Shown here one piece after another: positions 19,401 to 29,333 of a stretch of 64,000 nt of DNA. The first letter of the stretch is position 1; each line of letters begins with the position of its first letter. The stretch lies in contig CAXXMV010000002.1 of NCBI GenBank assembly GCA_963662285.2, forward strand, positions 64,001 through 128,000, written 5' to 3'. Source of the stretch: a bacterium. Lineage in GTDB: Bacteria > Hinthialibacterota > Hinthialibacteria > Hinthialibacterales > Hinthialibacteraceae. The position numbers were made by a program, and so were the translations under genes. Under the pieces are notes generated by a model, which made no database searches, was not told where the DNA came from, and was given only the letters and a program-made list of their open reading frames with translations.

Positions 19401-19709
19401 CTGATCTTTACCTACAAGTTTTGTCAGAATTCATTGCTATGAATAGATCAATAAGGGTGCCAAGGGCAGCGTCCTTTCTGCCCTTGACTGGAAACCTTGG
19501 AAAAACAAAATGACTCTTGATTCTTTATAATCCAATTACAAGCACAAAAAATTGAATTTTATTCTACCTTCAACGTGGATTGTTGATAGAAAATATGGAA
19601 ATAAATGAGGTAAACTCAATCAAGGGTAGAAAATACACTACCCTTGCCACCCAGTATTCTCTAATCCTCAACTCATAAAATATTATTAATATTTGTGGGT
19701 AAAGATCAG
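19401..19709. mobile_element. IS4-type MITE-like element inserted in a CCCTCTCCC REP and carrying an inverted REP pair
   Basis: TIRs CTGATCTTTACCTACAA / TTGTGGGTAAAGATCAG. Imperfect 9-bp flanking repeat CCCAACGGG / CACCACGGG. Internal inverted GGGTG(C/G)CAAGGG..CCCTTGA motifs at 19455-19487 and 19620-19652. Confidence 0.65.
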
Positions 19710-19762
19710 CACCACGGGAGGACTAGGGTGAGAACACATCTATCAAAGATCTAGGAATCCGT

Positions 19763-20503
19763 ATGCTGCACATCAAGAACCCTTTACCCGATCCTGATTC
19801 AAAAGCGCAATTCGTCCGCAATGGCTTCAATGCAATATCACGCCATTACGACCGGCTCAACGATCTGATGACCGCCGGAATGCACCGATCCTGGAAAAAT
19901 GAAGCAACCGCAATACTCGGTCTGCAACCGGGAATGAATGTCCTCGACCTCTGCTCCGGCACTGGCGACCTCGCCAAGAGAGCGTCTAAAATAACGACTC
20001 TTGATGGTTTAACCGTCGCCCTCGATTTCGCTCCGCAAATGATGCAAACGGGGCGACTCCGTTCAGAAGCCAAGGCGCATGATATAATCATTAATTGGAT
20101 CTGCGCGGATGCAGGTTTGCTGCCTTTTGCCGATAATAGTTTTGATGGCGCCCTGGTCGGCTTCGGGCTGAGAAACGTGACCTCCATAGAAACCGTACTA
20201 CACGAGGTCAAGCGGGTGCTGCGCCCTGGCGCCAAATTTGTCAGCCTCGACACTGCTGAAACCGAATGGCAAGCGCTTATGCCGCTATATCGCTTTTACA
20301 TGCGCTATATTGTTCCTATGATGGGACGACTCATCGGATCAAAAGATATGTACGCCTATCTGACTTCATCGGCGGAAGCCTTTGATTCACCCAATGTACT
20401 ATGCCTGAAAATGCAACGTTGCGGTTTTACAAAAACCAGCTTCACTTACCGACCGCGCATCCTAGGCGGAGCCGCGCTGGTCTGGGGTCAAAAGCCGGTT
20501 TAG
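19763..20503 (+). CDS. ubiE: UbiE/MenG family quinone C-methyltransferase
   Basis: FNAISRHYDRLNDLMTAGMHRSW, VLDLCSGTGD, LPFADNSFD, GFGLRNV and YAYLTSS. Confidence 0.9.
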   Translation: MLHIKNPLPDPDSKAQFVRNGFNAISRHYDRLNDLMTAGMHRSWKNEATAILGLQPGMNVLDLCSGTGDLAKRASKITTLDGLTVALDFAPQMMQTGRLRSEAKAHDIIINWICADAGLLPFADNSFDGALVGFGLRNVTSIETVLHEVKRVLRPGAKFVSLDTAETEWQALMPLYRFYMRYIVPMMGRLIGSKDMYAYLTSSAEAFDSPNVLCLKMQRCGFTKTSFTYRPRILGGAALVWGQKPV

Positions 20504-20510
20504 CCAGGAT

Positions 20511-20549
20511 GGCTGACAAAGGCAAGACTGCATTGCCGGCAGCCCTTGA
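20511..20549. repeat. CAAGGGCA...GCCCTTGA type REP copy
   Basis: Similar to copies at 19455, 19620, 24736 and 25282. Confidence 0.55.
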
Positions 20550-20597
20550 TCAAACCACTCAGTATAAATTGTGTAATTAAGTTATGGATAACTATTA

Positions 20598-22469
20598 ATG
20601 AATATATATCAAAAAAATTTGCAATCTCTTCAATCTTCCAATCCCGAACTCGCATCATTGATTGAATCAACCAATATCGATCCTGATCGATACTCCATAG
20701 ACAATGCCAAAAGCGGAGTTATAACACTGCAATACATCTCCACAGACGGAAAGCCGGTTCTATGGCACAGCCGGTACGATCCCCTCAAAGAGGTGGAACG
20801 CGAAATCAACTCCATTGATCGCAGTAAAATTATTCTTCCCCTATTGGTCGGCATCGGATTAGGTTATACCCTGCGCACCCTTTGGGATCATTGTAGAGAT
20901 GATTTTTTTGATATAATCGTCATCGAAAAAGACCCCTCCATCTTCCGCATGGCGCTTCATATCACCCGCTTGGATGATATCCTGGCCGACCCGCGCGTCC
21001 ATATACACGTTGGCGGCCAGATGAGCAATTGGGTGAACATGGTAGATAAACTCACTCCGCTTATTCTTAGTTGCACCCTTGAAAAGTTGCCTCATCCTCC
21101 CTCGCTGATCTGCCATCTGGATTATTATCAATCCGCATTAAATGATCTGGAACATCGTCTCCATCTAAGAAAAACCGAATTCGAATTCACCAGCGCCCAG
21201 GGGACCAAGATTCAACAAAACATGTGGAACAACATCCCATCAATAGTGGCGTCATCCGGAATTAACAGCCTTCGAGGCAAATTCAAAGGAAAACCGGCTA
21301 TCGTCATCGCTGCCGGACCCTCGCTCGATAAAAACGTTCATCTCTTAAAAGGCATCGAAAAGAATTTTCTCTTAATCGCGGTTGATACCGCCTACCGCAC
21401 ATTACAGAACCACGGCATCGAACCGCATATAGTCGTTTCGACCGATCCAACCGAACTGAACCTGAAACATTTCGATGGCCTCACGCCCTCACCCGAAACA
21501 ATTCTGGCCTTCGATCCAGAGGTTTATCACGCTATACCCTCTCAGTGGACAGGACCTCGGCGCTTCCTCAATTTGGAAAAAACCATCCTAGCCCGTTGGC
21601 TTGAGATATCCGCCGGACCGTTCGGATTTCTACCCAAAGGCAGTTCCGTCGGCCATACCGCGTTTTTCCTGGCGCGTGAAATGGGCGCCGATCCCATAAT
21701 TTTCATCGGGCTGGATCTAGCCTTCAACCAGGACGGCGGCGCAACCCATACCGCCGGATCCGCGCTTCATAGAAAGCATTCTTCTATTGAGAATAATACC
21801 AATACCGCACTCCTCGGTCCCCGTCACGGCTCGCAAACTATGAATGAATCCATCGCCTGGGTTGCCGGAACCCACCATGAGGTTGTACCGACATCTAAAG
21901 TGATGGCGCTGTACATCAACCAGTTCGCGGATGCCATCTCCGAAACTTCCGCCAAAATCATCGATGCAACAGAAGGCGGCGCACGCATACCCGGCGCCGA
22001 AGTTGCATCTCTGCAAGAAGTATTATCCAAATATAAACAATACGCTGATAATATTGCCGATGATCTGCAATCACTCCCGTCTTTCGAGCGTAATACGGCA
22101 AGATTACTGGTTGATATTGAGCGCATCCTCAACAACCTTGATTCCGCCATCCAGACAGCTCAGCATGGACAAGCGCTTACCGCATCTCTATTACCCGGAA
22201 TTTCAGAAGGCGCCAATCTTCGTAATTGCGCCGAATGGATTGAAATGGAATCCTGCTTTTCGCAGATATATCAATCCGAAGATATCAAAATCGCAATAGA
22301 GCAGGCCATGTTTTCCGCTGTCTACTCTTTCCTATTCAAGGAAAAACCACATCAAGTTGAGCTGCGCATCGAGAAATACCGCAAATTCTTTGAAACGATT
22401 TCTTCGCTTGCTCCACATTTCATAAAACAGATAAACCATATAAAATCACTTATCCAAACATCAATCTAA
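20598..22469 (+). CDS. Maf-like (DUF115/MptE-like) motility-associated glycosyltransferase
   Basis: HSRYDPLKE, AIVIAAGPSLDKN, GIEPHIVVSTDP, IIFIGLDLAF and DATEGGARIPG. Confidence 0.85.
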   Translation: MNIYQKNLQSLQSSNPELASLIESTNIDPDRYSIDNAKSGVITLQYISTDGKPVLWHSRYDPLKEVEREINSIDRSKIILPLLVGIGLGYTLRTLWDHCRDDFFDIIVIEKDPSIFRMALHITRLDDILADPRVHIHVGGQMSNWVNMVDKLTPLILSCTLEKLPHPPSLICHLDYYQSALNDLEHRLHLRKTEFEFTSAQGTKIQQNMWNNIPSIVASSGINSLRGKFKGKPAIVIAAGPSLDKNVHLLKGIEKNFLLIAVDTAYRTLQNHGIEPHIVVSTDPTELNLKHFDGLTPSPETILAFDPEVYHAIPSQWTGPRRFLNLEKTILARWLEISAGPFGFLPKGSSVGHTAFFLAREMGADPIIFIGLDLAFNQDGGATHTAGSALHRKHSSIENNTNTALLGPRHGSQTMNESIAWVAGTHHEVVPTSKVMALYINQFADAISETSAKIIDATEGGARIPGAEVASLQEVLSKYKQYADNIADDLQSLPSFERNTARLLVDIERILNNLDSAIQTAQHGQALTASLLPGISEGANLRNCAEWIEMESCFSQIYQSEDIKIAIEQAMFSAVYSFLFKEKPHQVELRIEKYRKFFETISSLAPHFIKQINHIKSLIQTSI

Positions 22470-22497
22470 AGAACCATATCACACAAAGGATTTTCTT

Positions 22498-23199
22498 GTG
22501 AAAACTTCAACAACTCGTTTTTCATTCACCCTGGCAGCTCTCGTTCTACTTTTGCTTGCCGCCGCTTTTCATCTTCAGGCAACAGAGAAAAAGGAATTTG
22601 ACCCGGCCCGCTGGGAGAAAGACATTCAAGCCTTCGAGAAACAAGATCAAAAAGCGTTCCCCCCAAAAGGTTCAATTTTATTCCTCGGCAGTTCCAGCAT
22701 CCGTAAGTGGGATTTGAACAAATACTTCCCCGACCTGAAAACCATTAATCGCGGTTTCGGCGGATCTCAAATGGAAGATCCGGTCTATTATGCTGATCGC
22801 ATTGTTTTTCCATATAATCCCAAAATAATCGTCCTATATGAGGGCGATAATGACATCAATAACGGCAAGACGCCGGAAACCATTTTTACAGATTATAAGG
22901 ATTTCGTCAAAATAGTGCATGACAAGCTGCCCAAAACCAGAATCCTCTATATCTGCATCAAACCCAGTATGAGCCGCTGGCCTGTAATAGATAAGTTACG
23001 CCAAACCAATGAGTTAATACGTAAGTTCACCCAAAAAGATAAAAGACTGCAATATCTGGATGTAGACGCACCAATGACTGGCAACGATGGGAAGCCCCGG
23101 CCAGAATTATTCGAAAAAGACAACCTGCACCTTAACCACGAAGGCTACGTCCTCTGGAGCGCCATAGTCCGCAGACACCTAAACAACCCCGATTTCTAA
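22498..23199 (+). CDS. SGNH/GDSL hydrolase (secreted)
   Basis: FLGSSSIRKW, INRGFGGS, YEGDND and DNLHLNHEGY. Confidence 0.9.
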   Translation: MKTSTTRFSFTLAALVLLLLAAAFHLQATEKKEFDPARWEKDIQAFEKQDQKAFPPKGSILFLGSSSIRKWDLNKYFPDLKTINRGFGGSQMEDPVYYADRIVFPYNPKIIVLYEGDNDINNGKTPETIFTDYKDFVKIVHDKLPKTRILYICIKPSMSRWPVIDKLRQTNELIRKFTQKDKRLQYLDVDAPMTGNDGKPRPELFEKDNLHLNHEGYVLWSAIVRRHLNNPDF

Positions 23200-23207
23200 A
23201 GCAAAAG

Positions 23208-23233
23208 GTAGGGCGCGCCCCTTGTGGGCGCCC
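23208..23233 (+). repeat. GTAG-type REP
   Basis: GTAGGGCGCGCCCCTTGTGGGCGCCC, with a near-identical copy at 24684-24709. Confidence 0.75.
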
Positions 23234-23241
23234 GAATTTAA

Positions 23242-24533
23242 GGAATTGTCCATAATTAAGTTGAACATTTAGGGGTTATATAATAGTTCCATTCCCCATG
23301 AAAATCATTTGTGAATAAATTTATATTTTGTAGTTCTTCATCCGTAATTTTAATACCTTTTTCGTATTTATTAGTATCAAGTTCGACCATAATATTTAAA
23401 CCGTTTTTTGTAGTCGTGCTACCAATGAGATTTACAATTACCTCATGGCTAATCAAAGGTTTTCCTCTCCAATTCATACTTATGTGAGAAAACATGCGGT
23501 GTTCAATCTTATTCCATTTGCTGGTTCCTGGAGGGAAATGACACACGGATATTTTTAAGCCCGTTTCAGTCGATAAATTCTGCAAGGCGATTTTCCACAA
23601 ACGAACACGGTAGCCATTGCTCCCTCCACAATCGGCTGTTATCAAAAGTTCTTTTGCTTTTGGATAAGCATTCCTGCCCATTTTATTCCACCAACGGCGA
23701 ATCGTTTCGACTGCAAATTCAGCTGTATCGTGATCCGTGCCGACGCTCACCCAACCTTTATCTGCCGTTTGGTCATAGACGCCATAGGGATTTACTTTGC
23801 CTTTTTCTTTATCTACAAAATCATACACGCGAACCGATTCAGGCTTACCCTTTGGACACCATTCACGCCCTTTGTTTATGAAGTCTCCGACGAGTTCTTT
23901 TTTCTTGGTATCCACAGAAATAACAGGTTGCTTTCGACGCTGCAACTGAGCAACTCGCGCACAAATAAAATGGAATTGTGCGTCTCGATCAGGATGTTGT
24001 TTTCCCTCTTTCGTCTTGTTGTTCGCTTGTAAACTGTAGCCTAATTCAGCCAGAAGATGTGCAACTTTTTGGCGTTCAATTGCATGACCTTGCTCTTGCA
24101 GGGCCGCCGCAAGTTGGCGAACACTTTTACATGTCCAACGTAGCGGGGACTCGGGGTCGCCACGTGTTGATGGCTCTACTAATTGTTCAAGGTCATTCAA
24201 TACCGTTGAGTCGGTTTCAGTAATTGGTTTTCGACCCCCTCCAGAAGAACGTATTCGACCAACTTTTTCGGGAGAAAGATAGTCCGATTCAAAAAGATTT
24301 TTAATCCCCTGGTGAATGGTTGTACGTGATAGTCCTGTAACTCTGGACACAACGGAAATCCCGCCATGACCTAGCGATTTTGCTTCCGTCGCCGCCCAAA
24401 GTCGTCGCGATTGTTCATCCAATATTGGCTTGAGCAACATGTATTTTTCTTGTATAGTAATTTCCGCATCTTTATACATGTAGTAATTATAGCATGGGTA
24501 ATATATATGTTCAAGTTATTTATGGACAAATCC
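23242..24533 (-). mobile_element. ISAzo13-family insertion sequence (1292 bp)
   Basis: TIRs GGAATTGTCCATAATTAAGTTGAACAT / ATGTTCAAGTTATTTATGGACAAATCC and a 3-bp TAA duplication (23239-23241, 24534-24536). Confidence 0.92.
23256..24479 (-). CDS. ISAzo13-family (Rhodopirellula-type DDE) transposase
   Basis: GDPESPLRWTCKS, HPDRDAQF, ISVDTKKKELVG, TADCGGSNG and PPGTSKWNKIEHR. Confidence 0.95.
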   Translation of the reverse strand: MYKDAEITIQEKYMLLKPILDEQSRRLWAATEAKSLGHGGISVVSRVTGLSRTTIHQGIKNLFESDYLSPEKVGRIRSSGGGRKPITETDSTVLNDLEQLVEPSTRGDPESPLRWTCKSVRQLAAALQEQGHAIERQKVAHLLAELGYSLQANNKTKEGKQHPDRDAQFHFICARVAQLQRRKQPVISVDTKKKELVGDFINKGREWCPKGKPESVRVYDFVDKEKGKVNPYGVYDQTADKGWVSVGTDHDTAEFAVETIRRWWNKMGRNAYPKAKELLITADCGGSNGYRVRLWKIALQNLSTETGLKISVCHFPPGTSKWNKIEHRMFSHISMNWRGKPLISHEVIVNLIGSTTTKNGLNIMVELDTNKYEKGIKITDEELQNINLFTNDFHGEWNYYITPKCST

Positions 24534-24580
24534 TAACACCCATCTCGCCCAAACCACCCAAAAAGTCCGCCCTACAAAGT

Positions 24581-24640
24581 CCCCTCTCCCGCCGGGAGTG
24601 TAAAGGCCTGGGACATGGGAGAGGGCCAGGGTGAGGGGGA
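24581..24640. repeat. CCCCTCTCCC REP containing an 18-21 bp IS481-A end fragment
   Basis: TGTAAAGGCCTGGGACATGGG (24599-24619) is the exact reverse complement of 2959-2979, flanked by GGGAG direct repeats. Confidence 0.8.
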
Positions 24641-24683
24641 ATAATCAAAAACCTAGGTTCTATAATAATCCCTCTCCCCACAT

Positions 24684-24774
24684 GTAGGGTGCGCCCCTCG
24701 TGGGCGCCCGAATCTTCAAACGCCTTATTCTGGTCGGGCGCCAAGGGCAAGACCGCCATGTGGTCAGCCCTTGA
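24684..24774. repeat. GTAG-type REP plus GGGCGCCAAGGGCA-type REP
   Basis: GTAGGGTGCGCCCCTCGTGGGCGCCC (24684-24709) and GGGCGCCAAGGGC..GCCCTTGA (24736-24774). Confidence 0.7.
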
Positions 24775-24819
24775 TGCGATCACCGCCGTATCTCAAAACC
24801 ACCCCATAATAAAAAACTA

Positions 24820-24863
24820 TTGACAAATTACTTTGCTAACTCTATATTGCTACTTAAGTAGCA
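24820..24863 (+). promoter_or_regulatory. Sigma70 promoter with BlaI-type palindromic operator
   Basis: TTGACA (24820-24825), 17-bp spacer, TATATT (24843-24848). Perfect palindrome TGCTACTTAAGTAGCA at 24848-24863. Confidence 0.75.
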
Positions 24864-24881
24864 TATATAAAGGAGCAAACC

Positions 24882-25265
24882 ATGCCGCGCCCTAAAAAAC
24901 CAATTTTAACAGAATGGGAAACCACCTTAATCCAGATTATCTGGGATAACCCCTCGATCTGCGCCAGCGAAATCCGCGAAACCCTGCGTGAACGCGACAT
25001 CAAACGCAGCGACCCCGCCATCCGCAAAACCCTGGGAGTCATGGAAGAAAAAGGCGCCATCACGCATCACGTGGAAAACCGCACCTTCCATTACAGAGCG
25101 CTAATTCATCAAGAAGAGGCCGAACGCACCGGAATCGAATACATCAGCAACCTCCTCTTCGGCGGCTCCGTAGGATCATTGGTAATGAGAGCCATAGATG
25201 AAGCCGATTTAACCCCCCAAATGATCAAAAAAATTAAAAAACGCCTCAAGGAGAAAAAGAAATGA
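24882..25265 (+). CDS. BlaI/MecI/CopY family transcriptional repressor (orphan)
   Basis: AAGGAG RBS, LTEWETTLIQIIWD..MEEKGAITH..LFGGSVGSLV. Confidence 0.88.
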   Translation: MPRPKKPILTEWETTLIQIIWDNPSICASEIRETLRERDIKRSDPAIRKTLGVMEEKGAITHHVENRTFHYRALIHQEEAERTGIEYISNLLFGGSVGSLVMRAIDEADLTPQMIKKIKKRLKEKKK

Positions 25266-25281
25266 ATTCTCAATCGCCGAC

Positions 25282-25314
25282 GGGCGCCAAGGGCAGTGTA
25301 TTTTTTGCCCTTGA
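25282..25314. repeat. GGGCGCCAAGGGCA-type REP copy
   Basis: GGGCGCCAAGGGCA-gtgtattttt-TGCCCTTGA hairpin. Confidence 0.7.
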
Positions 25315-25443
25315 ATCAGTTCCCCTCATTTATCTCCATATCTTTGCCCAACTATCCACTTTGAAGACAAAATAAAAGAGGGAATCAAATCAACAACTGA
25401 TCTGATTCCCTCATATTGTTTATATCAACTAGAATTCAAGATA

Positions 25444-27243
25444 CTAGCTGAGGCGTTCTTTTAATTTCTGCAATTGAGCTGTAATTCTTGGTGGAACTTT
25501 ATCCCCGTATTTGAGGAAATATTCTTCAACTTCAGGAATTTCTGCTAACATGGCCGCTTTATCAACGCTGAGCAGCAGTTTCATATCTTCCGCCGCAATA
25601 TCCAGACCTTCAGTATCAATGCCGCCTTCAACCGGCATCATACCCAGTGGAGTCTCAACCACATCGGCTTTGCCTTCGATGCGCTCGCACATCCATTTCA
25701 ATACGCGGCTGTTCTCGCCGAATCCAGGCCATAACCAACGGCCGTCTTCGGTCTTTCGGAACCAGTTGACATAGAAGATAGCCGGAGCTTTATCGCCCAG
25801 TTTGTCACCCATATCCATCCAATGCTGCCAGTAGTCGCCCATGTGGTAGCCGCAGAACGGCAGCATGGCGAACGGATCGCGGCGCAATTTGGCTTTGACG
25901 TCGATAGCGGCGGCGGTTGGTTCTGATGAAGCCGTCGCGCCCATGTATACCCCGTGATCCCAATCAAAGGCCTGGGAAACCAAAGGCACTACACCGGTTC
26001 TGCGACCGCCGAAGATTAATATATCAATCGGGACGCCCGCAGGATTTTCCCAATCAGGACAAATTACAGGGCACTGGCTGGCCAAGGCCGTAAACCGCGC
26101 ATTGGGATGAGCGCCCTTTTCACCAGATTCGGGAGTCCACTCACGGTTCTTCCAATCAATGCCGTGTTTGCATTCAACGCCCATCTCTTCCCACCAGACG
26201 TCTTTATCATCCGTTACCACGCAGTTGGTAAAGATTGCGTTTTCTCTGATGGAATCCATCGCCATCGGGTTAGTATCATAACTGGTTCCCGGCGCAACGC
26301 CGAAGAAACCCGCTTCAGGATTAATGGCGTAAAGACGGCCATCAGGGCCTTGCTTCATCCAGGCGATATCATCACCGATGCATTCGCACTTCCAACCAGG
26401 GATAGTCGGCTGCAACATGGCCATGTTGGTTTTGCCGCAAGCAGAGGGGAAAGCGGCGCAAATATGGAACTGCTTGCCCTCAGGATTAGTCAAACGCAGG
26501 ATCAGCATATGTTCAGCCATCCAGCCTTCACGACGTGCGATAACCGAAGCGATGCGCAATGCCAGACATTTCTTACCCAATAAGGCGTTGCCGCCATAAC
26601 CGGAACCATAACTCCAGATCAGGTTCTCATCGGGGAAATGCGATATGTATTTCTCTTCAATCGGCGCGCAGGGCCAGGGAACGTCTTTCTGACCTTCGGC
26701 CAGCGGCGCTCCAATGGAATGCAGGCAAGGGATAAATTCACCATCTTCGCCAAGAGTTTCAATAACTTTGTCGCCCACGCGGGTCATCATGTGCATATTG
26801 ACCACAACATAAGCGCTATCGGTGATTTCAATGCCAATCTTAGAGATGGGAGAACCAATAGGACCCATGCTGAAGGGAATGACGTACATTACCCGGCCCT
26901 TCATGCATCCATCATAGGATTCCCTCATTTTTGCTTTCAATTCATCAGGCGCCATCCAGTTATTAGTCGGTCCGGCGTCGGCTTCATCTTTACAGGATAT
27001 ATATGTCCGGTCTTCTACTCGCGCCACATCAGAAGGATCTGAACGGAAATGATAGCTGTTAGGGCGCTTGGTTTCATTTAATTTTTCAGTTTGTCCGTTG
27101 TCGACCATTAATTTCATTAGGCGGTCGTATTCTTCTTTAGTGCCATCGCACCAGCATACGGAATCCGGCTTACACATGGCTTCGATTTCATTTACCCATT
27201 TGATCAGTTTTTGGTTGGCTGTTTTAATCATATTAATCTCCAA
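25444..27243 (-). CDS. pckG: Phosphoenolpyruvate carboxykinase (GTP)
   Basis: [53 protein letters not shown] and [11 protein letters not shown]. Confidence 0.97.
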   Translation of the reverse strand: MEINMIKTANQKLIKWVNEIEAMCKPDSVCWCDGTKEEYDRLMKLMVDNGQTEKLNETKRPNSYHFRSDPSDVARVEDRTYISCKDEADAGPTNNWMAPDELKAKMRESYDGCMKGRVMYVIPFSMGPIGSPISKIGIEITDSAYVVVNMHMMTRVGDKVIETLGEDGEFIPCLHSIGAPLAEGQKDVPWPCAPIEEKYISHFPDENLIWSYGSGYGGNALLGKKCLALRIASVIARREGWMAEHMLILRLTNPEGKQFHICAAFPSACGKTNMAMLQPTIPGWKCECIGDDIAWMKQGPDGRLYAINPEAGFFGVAPGTSYDTNPMAMDSIRENAIFTNCVVTDDKDVWWEEMGVECKHGIDWKNREWTPESGEKGAHPNARFTALASQCPVICPDWENPAGVPIDILIFGGRRTGVVPLVSQAFDWDHGVYMGATASSEPTAAAIDVKAKLRRDPFAMLPFCGYHMGDYWQHWMDMGDKLGDKAPAIFYVNWFRKTEDGRWLWPGFGENSRVLKWMCERIEGKADVVETPLGMMPVEGGIDTEGLDIAAEDMKLLLSVDKAAMLAEIPEVEEYFLKYGDKVPPRITAQLQKLKERLS

Positions 27244-27764
27244 AAATGAGAATATGTTTCATTTATTTTACTTTTAGAAAATATTATAAGTAAAATTAAC
27301 TATATCAATTGTTGATTTCTTAAACATAAAATAATACAGAATTAATAAACTTCTTCTTATTCAAGTAGTTATTATATTCCTTTCTATATCTGTTCTCCAT
27401 TCAACAAGACCAACATTTCATATAAGCATATCATCTTGGTTATAAAATTATACAGCAAAATTAAAATTAAAATAGATGACGGCATCAAGTAAAAACATCT
27501 GTGATTATAATTTTTTTTATTACCCTATATTTGTATCCAATAATTTCTAATAAAAAAGAGTTATTAGCCAAAATAAATTATTGTTTTAATGAAATGGGAA
27601 GAGAGCGCCGGAGAATATTCAGCGCATACTATCCATAAAATTCTTTTCTGCATCATTTCCTTAAAACGATTAAGATATATTTTTCGCTATCCATGTAGCA
27701 ATATTTTATTGCAATTAGTTGATAAATCCTACACATATAATTTTTCAGGTTTGTACTAATAATG

Positions 27765-28712
27765 TCACTCGGGGCGCTTAAAAATCTCGTTACGAATCAT
27801 GTCGCCCTGGATATCTTTTATACTCCCGCCCAAAGCAGACCTCATAAACGGAATCCCCATCACCGCCAACAGCCAGTAACCGAATAACGAGTATAAAATC
27901 CCCACCGCCAGGTTTGTTTCATAAGGGGCGAATCCGCTGAAAAGGTAGATCATAGCGGAATCTCTGGTACCCATACCGGAAACCGTAACCGGGATAAGAC
28001 CAACAAAAATGGCTATGGGTAATGAGGCCGCGATATAAAACAGAGGCACCTCAGCATGAAATGCGCTAAAGCAACACCAGGTCTGTAAAAAAGAGCAAAA
28101 CCAGTTGATCAACGTTATCAAGAGCAAGCCGATGAAGGTGCCCAGGTGGAGATATATTTGTTTCGATGCCTCAAGGATTTCCAATATAAAGTCCCGAAAC
28201 TTCTCTGGAATAAGATTAACTGCTGGAGAAGCAGCCAGAACAAAGAATATAATCACTCCCGCCAATATCGCGCCGGTAATTAAACTAAAGAAATAATTCC
28301 CCAGAAAAATCCCACCGATCATGCCATATAGGCTCAGCGCGATAAGGTCCATCATTCGTTCAGCGATAATAACTCCCGTGGTTTTGGTATAAGGCATAAC
28401 ATTCTTCAGGAACAACACCTTGATAAGATCACCTGATTTTGCTGGAGTTATTGCGCCCACCGGCCAGGCGGCCATGATGATGACGAAACTTTGCCAGACC
28501 CCCAGTTTGGCGCCCATTCTCTTAACGATAATATTCCACCGGATTGCGCACCAAAGCGGGAAAGTGCACATAATAAAAAAAGAACATAATAAATATAAAG
28601 GATTAGCCTGCTTTACCGTTTCAATGGCCGAAGAGAAGTCGACGCTGTAAAACAGTGCGCCGAAAATTATTACGGTCAGTAATAATAATATTGATCTTTG
28701 TTTTAGTCGCAT
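27765..28712 (-). CDS. Lysylphosphatidylglycerol synthase TM-region / flippase-like membrane protein (UPF0104)
   Basis: AIRWNII, TPAKSGDLIK, AERMMD and IPVTVSGMGTRD. Multi-TM. Confidence 0.85.
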   Translation of the reverse strand: MRLKQRSILLLLTVIIFGALFYSVDFSSAIETVKQANPLYLLCSFFIMCTFPLWCAIRWNIIVKRMGAKLGVWQSFVIIMAAWPVGAITPAKSGDLIKVLFLKNVMPYTKTTGVIIAERMMDLIALSLYGMIGGIFLGNYFFSLITGAILAGVIIFFVLAASPAVNLIPEKFRDFILEILEASKQIYLHLGTFIGLLLITLINWFCSFLQTWCCFSAFHAEVPLFYIAASLPIAIFVGLIPVTVSGMGTRDSAMIYLFSGFAPYETNLAVGILYSLFGYWLLAVMGIPFMRSALGGSIKDIQGDMIRNEIFKRPE

Positions 28713-29333
28713 ATTTATATGGTGTAGAACCAGAATCTCCAGTACATGCCAAAAACAAATTACATATACCTGGTGAGAAGGAATTTGCAGAGAATCATAC
28801 AGGAGAGAAGGCCTTGACGCAATTGGTTCAATAGAATTTGCCTGAGGATCAGTACGGTTCTAAAAAATTAAATCAACCTAGTAGTTAAAATCACTGCAAG
28901 AGGCGGTTTTGAATATAACCGTTGATTTCAATAGAGATTTACCGATTTTGTGCACAATTTAGCAGCCTTTAAACTTCCAAATATTTTAATAACGTTAAAT
29001 ATTTAAACTATTTGCCTATTTTCCATTGACTCGTATAATATAACAAATACAATTATTACTACAAACTTTTCGTAGAAACCGCGAAAAGTATATATTTTTG
29101 TGCTTATACATTTTTATATCAGAACAAGGGTAAAAGGCCAAATCAACTTTTCCGCATTCGGCTATCCTTCTTTGATTGATTCCTTCTAAATATTAGTAAT
29201 AAATGGGCAAAATTTGGGGATAGAGTGCGAAGTATGACGATGTTTTGTTATACCTGAAAGATATTTATGCGTATTTAACATAGGCATTTATTGTACATAA
29301 TATAAAAGGATTAAGAGACGAGGATTAAGTAAA

